From a virus: a DNA stretch of 64,000 nucleotides. The notes beneath the pieces were generated by a model. That model worked only from the letters and a program-made list of their open reading frames with translations. It was not told the DNA's origin and did not search any database. Shown in pieces: positions 58,674 through 64,000 of this stretch. Position numbers and translations under genes: made by a program. Where the stretch lies: the IMG/VR virus record IMGVR_UViG_3300030390_002309, positions 1 to 64,000 of that record. One strand, 5' to 3'. How positions within the stretch are numbered: position 1 is the first letter of the stretch; the number at the start of each line of letters is the position of its first letter.

Positions 58674-59237
58674 CTACTTCAATCGTATATACTTCTTACC
58701 ACCTTTAAAATATATTGTACCAATTGGTATTTCATCTGTCAATGCCTTTCCTAACATATCATATGCTATATCATTATACCATCTAATACCATCTTCTTCA
58801 ATTACAAATCCAGGAATTCCTGTAGGAGTATTTCTCAACATTACAACCCATGTAAATAAATTGAAATCATATACTACCGAGTCACAGTAATTACACATCA
58901 TTATTGTTGAATCTAATTGATATATAAAAGCATCATAACATAATTTAACTGTATCTGATATTTGTATTAATGGAAATGAGTATGGATTATTTCCTTGACC
59001 TACATAACATGCAACATCATTACATGCAGTGAAGCTCCAATCTATTGCACCTACCATATTACCTATACCACCTGAACTTGGAGTTACAGTTAATGTTGTA
59101 TTTGGAAATATTGAATATGATAAAGAGTCACACCAATTATTAGTTTGTGCCTGTGACCTTGTTGACCATAATGTCAATACTGCTAGCCAAAATATAGCTA
59201 CTATAAAATAGCCTTTGTTCTTGTTAATTTTTTTCAT
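58674..59237 (-). CDS. Secreted Cys-rich protein with T9SS C-terminal-domain-like tail
   Basis: Signal peptide ...RSQA/Q; C-terminus TGI...YDMLGK...GTIYFKGGKKYIRLK. Confidence 0.55.
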   Translation of the reverse strand: MKKINKNKGYFIVAIFWLAVLTLWSTRSQAQTNNWCDSLSYSIFPNTTLTVTPSSGGIGNMVGAIDWSFTACNDVACYVGQGNNPYSFPLIQISDTVKLCYDAFIYQLDSTIMMCNYCDSVVYDFNLFTWVVMLRNTPTGIPGFVIEEDGIRWYNDIAYDMLGKALTDEIPIGTIYFKGGKKYIRLK

Positions 59238-59245
59238 TTTTTCTT

Positions 59246-59593
59246 TTAAATAAATATTTCTGCCCCATTTTCATTATCTTCAAATACCGAGACATAGTTG
59301 CATTTGAACTCTTCTAATATTTCCTTCGCCAACATTTCACATGACTTGGCTCCGAACTCATGAGTTCTAGATTCAGAGTTAAAATATTCATGTTCTAGAT
59401 ATTGTATAATATCTCGTTTGAACATAATAAACTCTACATCTCTATCATCATGATGTACTTCTTTCTTAGCAGTTATAAACCATTTATGTCTATGCATGTT
59501 TGCTAAGAATCCTACTTCAGGAAATACAGCTTCAGCATCTGGCCAATTATGTAATCCTTCTATTTCTAATTTTGCTATAACGTTTGTTTTCAT
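59246..59593 (-). CDS. QueD/6-pyruvoyl-tetrahydropterin synthase-like T-fold protein
   Basis: EGLHNW, HRH, DRDVEF, SCEMLA, VSVFEDNENGA. Confidence 0.65.
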   Translation of the reverse strand: MKTNVIAKLEIEGLHNWPDAEAVFPEVGFLANMHRHKWFITAKKEVHHDDRDVEFIMFKRDIIQYLEHEYFNSESRTHEFGAKSCEMLAKEILEEFKCNYVSVFEDNENGAEIFI

Positions 59594-59616
59594 ATACTTA
59601 ATATAATAAATTTATT

Positions 59617-60171
59617 TCAACTATCCAAATAATCTTGAACTTTATTCCAATAATATGTTGTTGCATTTTTATTCATGCCTCGAGGGCCGCCATTCCAACA
59701 TCTTGCAATCTCTTCATCTGACGTTAAATTATAATGGTTACAATAAATTTCAAACATCTGTATTGATTTATATCTCATCCATCGATCATGATATACAAAT
59801 CTTGCCATCTTACCCTTTCGTTTTAATATCCTATTGACATCATCAACCATTGTCTTTCTTATCTGTAAACACCCTACTGCATCTTCACCTCTTGCATGTG
59901 CAGAATCATTACCCAAACTCTCTACCATTATAAGAGCTGATAATAAATTGGTGGCATTGTATTGTATATCTATAGTATGTTCCCATATCTCTCGATCCCA
60001 TATTAATGTATCAATTTCTAATAGTAAACTATCAATCTTATAATTTAAACTATCTGTTCGTATTTCTAAACTTTCAATTTGTTTTTCATAGTGAACTAAA
60101 GATGATATTGTCCATACTGAACCTAAGAATATTAAGGCAATGTATAAAAATACTTGTACTGAATTTTTCAT
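59617..60171 (-). CDS. Membrane-anchored lysozyme-like / lytic transglycosylase
   Basis: N-terminal TM helix, coiled coil, LIMVES catalytic Glu, GCLQI, ARCWNGGPRG; start taken as MKNSVQ. Confidence 0.75.
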   Translation of the reverse strand: MKNSVQVFLYIALIFLGSVWTISSLVHYEKQIESLEIRTDSLNYKIDSLLLEIDTLIWDREIWEHTIDIQYNATNLLSALIMVESLGNDSAHARGEDAVGCLQIRKTMVDDVNRILKRKGKMARFVYHDRWMRYKSIQMFEIYCNHYNLTSDEEIARCWNGGPRGMNKNATTYYWNKVQDYLDS

Positions 60172-60172
60172 A

Positions 60173-60463
60173 TTATTTACGTTTTGTTTTATATTGTCTG
60201 ATTTGTACTTCAAATCCTAATTTTTGAAAGTTTGCATATAAAATATATATCTCCGGAGCAAATCCTGAATATATTTGACATTCACCTTTACCGTCAGTTA
60301 GTAATACTATCTGATGAGCCCGTAGTGAATTACACATAGGTAGAAGTGACTTCAATGCTTCTGTAGCATATTTGAATGAATTTACCTCATCATTGATAAG
60401 ATATAACTCCATACGTTTTCTTCTACGCCTTGGTATATTCCCAAATAACTCTGATATCTCCAT
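60173..60463 (-). CDS. clpS: ClpS-like N-degron adaptor (start uncertain)
   Basis: LYLINDEVNSF.Y...AL...A.QI.L..DGKG.C.I matches the ClpS LxNDDxxTFxxV...AxxIxxxVHxxG pattern. Confidence 0.7.
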   Translation of the reverse strand: MEISELFGNIPRRRRKRMELYLINDEVNSFKYATEALKSLLPMCNSLRAHQIVLLTDGKGECQIYSGFAPEIYILYANFQKLGFEVQIRQYKTKRK

Positions 60464-60495
60464 AGGTGGTGGTTGTTGTCCAATATGTCATAACT

Positions 60496-60708
60496 TTATT
60501 CTTGATGTTCTATTTTGTTAATTCCATAAGCTTGATACTTATGAATAAATTCTTTTGTAACCTCTGTTCTATGACCAATGCCATATGCTACTTTAGCTTC
60601 TATATTATCGCCATTGTCATCTTGAACATATACTAAATATATATCTTGATGATCAGTTTGGCTCAACTCCGCTACATCTGTCTTCTTGCTTACTATTTTC
60701 CAGTTCAT
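60496..60708 (-). CDS. Hypothetical protein
   Basis: Likely start MNWKIV. Confidence 0.45.
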   Translation of the reverse strand: MNWKIVSKKTDVAELSQTDHQDIYLVYVQDDNGDNIEAKVAYGIGHRTEVTKEFIHKYQAYGINKIEHQE

Positions 60709-60895
60709 CGACGATCCTTTGTAAAATTGCACATTTTTCATATTCTTCTTTTTCAATAAAATATTTAATCATGGAGTTTATGAATTTCATCTTTTTACCT
60801 GTATCAAAACTTGGTGGCCATACATTGATCTTAGATATAACATCGTATACCTCTTCAATTGTAAGATCTAGATAATTCTCCACTAGTAACTCCAT
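60653..60895 (-). CDS. Small protein with UVR (UvrB/C-type) motif
   Basis: MIKYFIEKEEYEKCAILQRI. Confidence 0.5.
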   Translation of the reverse strand: MELLVENYLDLTIEEVYDVISKINVWPPSFDTGKKMKFINSMIKYFIEKEEYEKCAILQRIVDELENSKQEDRCSGVEPN

Positions 60896-60957
60896 ATTCT
60901 TTTTATTTAATATAAATATAAGAAAAATTTAGCGTACTAACAAATATTTGAGATGCT

Positions 60958-61095
60958 TTATTTGCCTTGCCCTCTATACTTTTTCTTGTAGTTTTTTGAC
61001 TTCTTTGAATTCGAAGTATTATTTTTTGAATGGATGCCTGGACGTTTCCTTTTTTTAGCATCTGTATGTGAAAATGTATTTACTCCTCTAGCCAT
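60958..61095 (-). CDS. 45-aa highly basic protein ending KKYRGQGK (not in ORF track)
   Basis: MARGVNTFSHTDAKKRKRPGIHSKNNTSNSKKSKNYKKKYRGQGK*, TAATG-coupled to the upstream gene. Confidence 0.7.
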   Translation of the reverse strand: MARGVNTFSHTDAKKRKRPGIHSKNNTSNSKKSKNYKKKYRGQGK

Positions 61096-61415
61096 TATGA
61101 AACATCCATATTATCATTATGACTTGCGTCAATACCCTTGTCTTGTAATTTTTTAACTATCATGTCAAGTTTATCGTCATCTCCAGAATTATATCTCATT
61201 GGTAAACCATTTGGCCAAATGTTTATGCCCAATTCCTTCATTAACTCTTCTGTCTCTTTTATACTTAGTTTTGAATCGTGGCTTTTTTTAGCATCTGAAT
61301 ATACATATGTGCCATAAAATCTACCACCTTGTTCTGTATATACTATAGTTATTTTTTCTGGTAATGGTGCCATTCTTATTGGAATCTCAGATAATATGTC
61401 TTTCAATTTCATCAT
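61095..61415 (-). CDS. Hypothetical late protein
   Basis: N-terminal MKLKDILSE. Confidence 0.55.
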   Translation of the reverse strand: MMKLKDILSEIPIRMAPLPEKITIVYTEQGGRFYGTYVYSDAKKSHDSKLSIKETEELMKELGINIWPNGLPMRYNSGDDDKLDMIVKKLQDKGIDASHNDNMDVS

Positions 61416-61639
61416 TTCTTATTTCCTGCAAATTTTTCTAATCCTGCAATTCCAAAACAACCTAATACGATAAGTGTGAATGAGTCATATATTGTTTCAT
61501 TGATTACTAAGTCCTTTCCCAAATAACCTGTAAACAAGTCTAACAAGGCAAATAATACCATTACTAGGAACGCAATAAATCCTACCACATTCTTTTCATT
61601 CCACTCATTATCATTTTTAAATATATTAAACATACCCAT
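61412..61639 (-). CDS. Two-TM membrane protein (holin-like candidate)
   Basis: Two TM helices, GLEKF C-terminus. Confidence 0.5.
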   Translation of the reverse strand: MGMFNIFKNDNEWNEKNVVGFIAFLVMVLFALLDLFTGYLGKDLVINETIYDSFTLIVLGCFGIAGLEKFAGNKK

Positions 61640-61641
61640 AT

Positions 61642-61947
61642 CTATCCTCTAGATTCGCCTTCTGCGAAATTCATTAATAGTTTTAATGTATCTGCTAATT
61701 CTTTACCCATATCAGGTCCACTTGCTGCAACTGCTGCGCCAATGTATTGTCTCATATCATCTAGCATTGTTTCTGTACTATCCCATTTCTGGTCGATGTT
61801 AGATTTAAGTCTCATTGTTGAATAATCAACTTCATTAACTTGTTTAGCTTGATGTGCTGCAGTTACGCTACTTAATGTAGGTAACTTATCTCCGAACTTT
61901 CTATTTTCAAATCCCGGTGTACTTTCTAATAATTTTTTTAATTTCAT
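61642..61947 (-). CDS. Hypothetical late protein
   Basis: N-terminal MKLKKLLE, QVNE. Confidence 0.55.
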   Translation of the reverse strand: MKLKKLLESTPGFENRKFGDKLPTLSSVTAAHQAKQVNEVDYSTMRLKSNIDQKWDSTETMLDDMRQYIGAAVAASGPDMGKELADTLKLLMNFAEGESRG

Positions 61948-61951
61948 AATA

Positions 61952-62368
61952 TTACCTCTGTATATCTTTTAATGTTTTAGCTGCTGATTTAATATGAGAT
62001 TCTAAGAACTCTTGAGCTTTTTCTAATTCCATTCTCATTTTTTGTACATCATCTCTTTTGACTGCATCTTGGATCCAATCAATTGCATTACCTAAATCTC
62101 GTGCTTCCGTATGGTAATTAACATCTGTATATGATTCATATAAATCATTAAGAATTTGTATAAACTCTGGACTTGAAAATTTTGATAAATCTTCCGGTAT
62201 TTTCATTTCAGCACTAAATCTTAACATGCCAACGTAGTCAAACTCGTTACTGTACATATCACCAGGTGTAAAGGCCTCTCTAATACTTGTCTTCTTTTGA
62301 TGGCTAGTAACTTCATTTACTTTACTGTATTTGAAGTCTTTTATCCATTTGTGTGCGTTAAATTTCAT
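61952..62368 (-). CDS. Hypothetical late protein
   Basis: Late-type motif at 62387; KVNE and IREA sites. Confidence 0.55.
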   Translation of the reverse strand: MKFNAHKWIKDFKYSKVNEVTSHQKKTSIREAFTPGDMYSNEFDYVGMLRFSAEMKIPEDLSKFSSPEFIQILNDLYESYTDVNYHTEARDLGNAIDWIQDAVKRDDVQKMRMELEKAQEFLESHIKSAAKTLKDIQR

Positions 62369-62393
62369 TGTTCTTTCCTCTTTTATATAAATA

Positions 62394-62759
62394 TTAGAAG
62401 CTATCCATTAATACTTCATCTATGGCACCCTGAACATCTTTTTTTGTTGCTGCCATATGAAAACTAATATCTGCTTGGAATCTTTTTACTTCTTCTCCGT
62501 TATTAAAAATAATAATTGTAGGTACAACTACTATTTTCCACTTTTGTTGTAGTTCTTTATCTACAGCTATATCAGCAGTTAATTTTGCTGCATCGCCTAA
62601 TTTTGAAAACCATTCTACATCATTTGCAGAATTCCATCCAGCATTAAAATGAACTACTGTTAGGTCATTGGTTATCTTTATAGTCTGTGCTGTTATACCA
62701 CTGCTACATAGTAATACTAATAAGTATCCACCAAATAATTTCCATATTGTATTCTTCAT
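62394..62759 (-). CDS. Exported thioredoxin-fold protein lacking CxxC
   Basis: Signal peptide; VVHFNAGWNSAN replaces F.A.WCxxC; IVVVPTIIIFNNGEEVKRF. Confidence 0.7.
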   Translation of the reverse strand: MKNTIWKLFGGYLLVLLCSSGITAQTIKITNDLTVVHFNAGWNSANDVEWFSKLGDAAKLTADIAVDKELQQKWKIVVVPTIIIFNNGEEVKRFQADISFHMAATKKDVQGAIDEVLMDSF

Positions 62760-62771
62760 AACTTGCTCTCC

Positions 62772-63056
62772 TTATCTAAGTCTATCAATTTTTTCTTCTA
62801 ATCGTTTAATATCTTCTTTGATCTCAGCAACATCATCTGCCGTTGTCTGAATTGTTTGTCTAATCAATTGATCTTTCATATCATATTCCATACGTGATAT
62901 TTCTGGACTAGGTGGTACTGGTAATTCTTTTGCTTCTTGTATATCTGCTTGAAGCGCAAACCACATACCTACCACAGTTGCTATAGCTACTGCAATTCCT
63001 GCTAATGTTTTTATACTTACATTTAAACTCGTATCCTCATTTAATTCTTTTGCCAT
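62772..63056 (-). CDS. TM + coiled-coil protein
   Basis: LAGIAVAIATVVGMWFAL then coiled coil. Confidence 0.6.
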   Translation of the reverse strand: MAKELNEDTSLNVSIKTLAGIAVAIATVVGMWFALQADIQEAKELPVPPSPEISRMEYDMKDQLIRQTIQTTADDVAEIKEDIKRLEEKIDRLR

Positions 63057-63072
63057 TGTCTCTTCCCTGTTA

Positions 63073-64000
63073 CTAAAATATTATATAGTTAACGCCTACA
63101 CTAAAATCGTGCCAATTACGATTCCAGTACTTATTATATTTCCCTTCTAAAAATATACCTAAACTTTTATTAAACTTATGTCCAAATATTAAACCACCAC
63201 TATAATCAAACCACTGACCGCCATTGTATTTATGGTATGAGAACTGGCTATTGTCATTATAATGAAATGGTAATAAATTACCCCATGAATGTAACCAAAA
63301 TGTTTTTGTATAATGATAAAAGTCAAATCCAATTACTAATGAATGTTGCAAAGTATTATCTTGACCATCTCTTTTTCTTTCCGTGTAATCTGCTAACATT
63401 TTAGGTATGACTACACCTTCCCAAATTTCCGAACTTGTTGCAACTGAATTACCTGATGGGTCTAAATATTCAACTCCACCCTGTCCATCAAATTCTACAC
63501 TATATCCTTCTTGTATAGCTAAGAATGTATAATGTAAGTTGCCATTATCTAATAACCATTCTTCTAATGGATTATATCCATATGGTTCTGATAATCTCTG
63601 TGCTGCTCCTATATTAAAAGATAACTTACTGCCTACATTATATCTATATCTCTCTGATGCCTCAAAGTATCTAATATCAGCAAACCCATCTTCTAAATAT
63701 TCTACCTTTGCAATCCAATCATCAGCAACATATCTTAAAAAATGATGTTGATTTAAAAAAGATTGTCCTTGTTGTCGTTTCCAATCAACTTCAAATAGAA
63801 ATTCAAATCCTTTAACCTTTCCAATAGTTGCTGCATCTGAATATGAATTTTCTGTACCATCATAAAATACATCTGCTCTATTTTCATATCCTAGTCTAGC
63901 TATCTTCCTTAAACCTAATGTCATTGAATAATCAAATGGAGTTTCAATTGTTGTTGTAGTTAATCCATTTGTAACACTATATACATCTAAATCTGATACT
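63073..64000 (-). CDS. Outer-membrane beta-barrel-like protein, 5'-truncated by the window
   Basis: Frame stays open from 63924 to the window edge; aromatic alternating strands; C-terminal VGVNYIIF. Confidence 0.6.
   Translation of the reverse strand, partial: VSDLDVYSVTNGLTTTTIETPFDYSMTLGLRKIARLGYENRADVFYDGTENSYSDAATIGKVKGFEFLFEVDWKRQQGQSFLNQHHFLRYVADDWIAKVEYLEDGFADIRYFEASERYRYNVGSKLSFNIGAAQRLSEPYGYNPLEEWLLDNGNLHYTFLAIQEGYSVEFDGQGGVEYLDPSGNSVATSSEIWEGVVIPKMLADYTERKRDGQDNTLQHSLVIGFDFYHYTKTFWLHSWGNLLPFHYNDNSQFSYHKYNGGQWFDYSGGLIFGHKFNKSLGIFLEGKYNKYWNRNWHDFSVGVNYIIF

Noticed and set aside
60423-60491. 22-aa Thr-rich mini-ORF (MTYWTTTTTYG...) overlapping the ClpS-like start, resembling an attenuator leader peptide
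   Set aside because: No terminator/antiterminator structure is visible and the downstream gene is unrelated to threonine; cannot be supported.
35533-60945. Repeated intergenic blocks read as a CRISPR or mini-CRISPR array
   Set aside because: The copies are imperfect, kilobases apart and separated by genes; no cas genes are present, and they fit a promoter consensus.
1-64000. Stop-codon reassignment as seen in some Bacteroidota phages
   Set aside because: Standard-code ORFs are long and tile densely; TAA, TAG and TGA all end genes; no suppressor tRNA is seen.

Overview
AT-rich, gene-dense 64 kb segment of a large myovirus-like (probably jumbo) phage genome. The host is most likely a Bacteroidota/Flavobacteria member, judged from TTTG-N20-TAnnTTTA promoters, a Bacteroidota-type tmRNA tag, DUF4494/Hc1-like genes and a T9SS-like C-terminus. 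Almost all genes are on the minus strand. 0-28.5 kb holds tail fibre and baseplate genes interrupted by an Mre11-Rad50 fusion, a primase and a T7 endonuclease I-like resolvase. 28.5-35.5 kb holds a gp55-like sigma factor, HD hydrolase, ClpP, UvsE and DNA ligase. 35.5-64 kb holds many small accessory genes behind repeated promoters, a mostly non-coding strand-switch region (44.6-47.1 kb), a Nei glycosylase, an AAA+/VWA pair, tRNA-Arg, ClpS, a QueD-like gene and envelope proteins. The main finding is a very compact, circularly permuted (two-piece) tmRNA gene at about 58365-58660 whose intervening segment is a complete tRNA-Glu gene. The second is an outer-membrane beta-barrel gene enclosed by a predicted long-range RNA helix plus a loop-receptor pairing. 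All product calls come from recognising motifs by eye; no database searches or folding programs were run.
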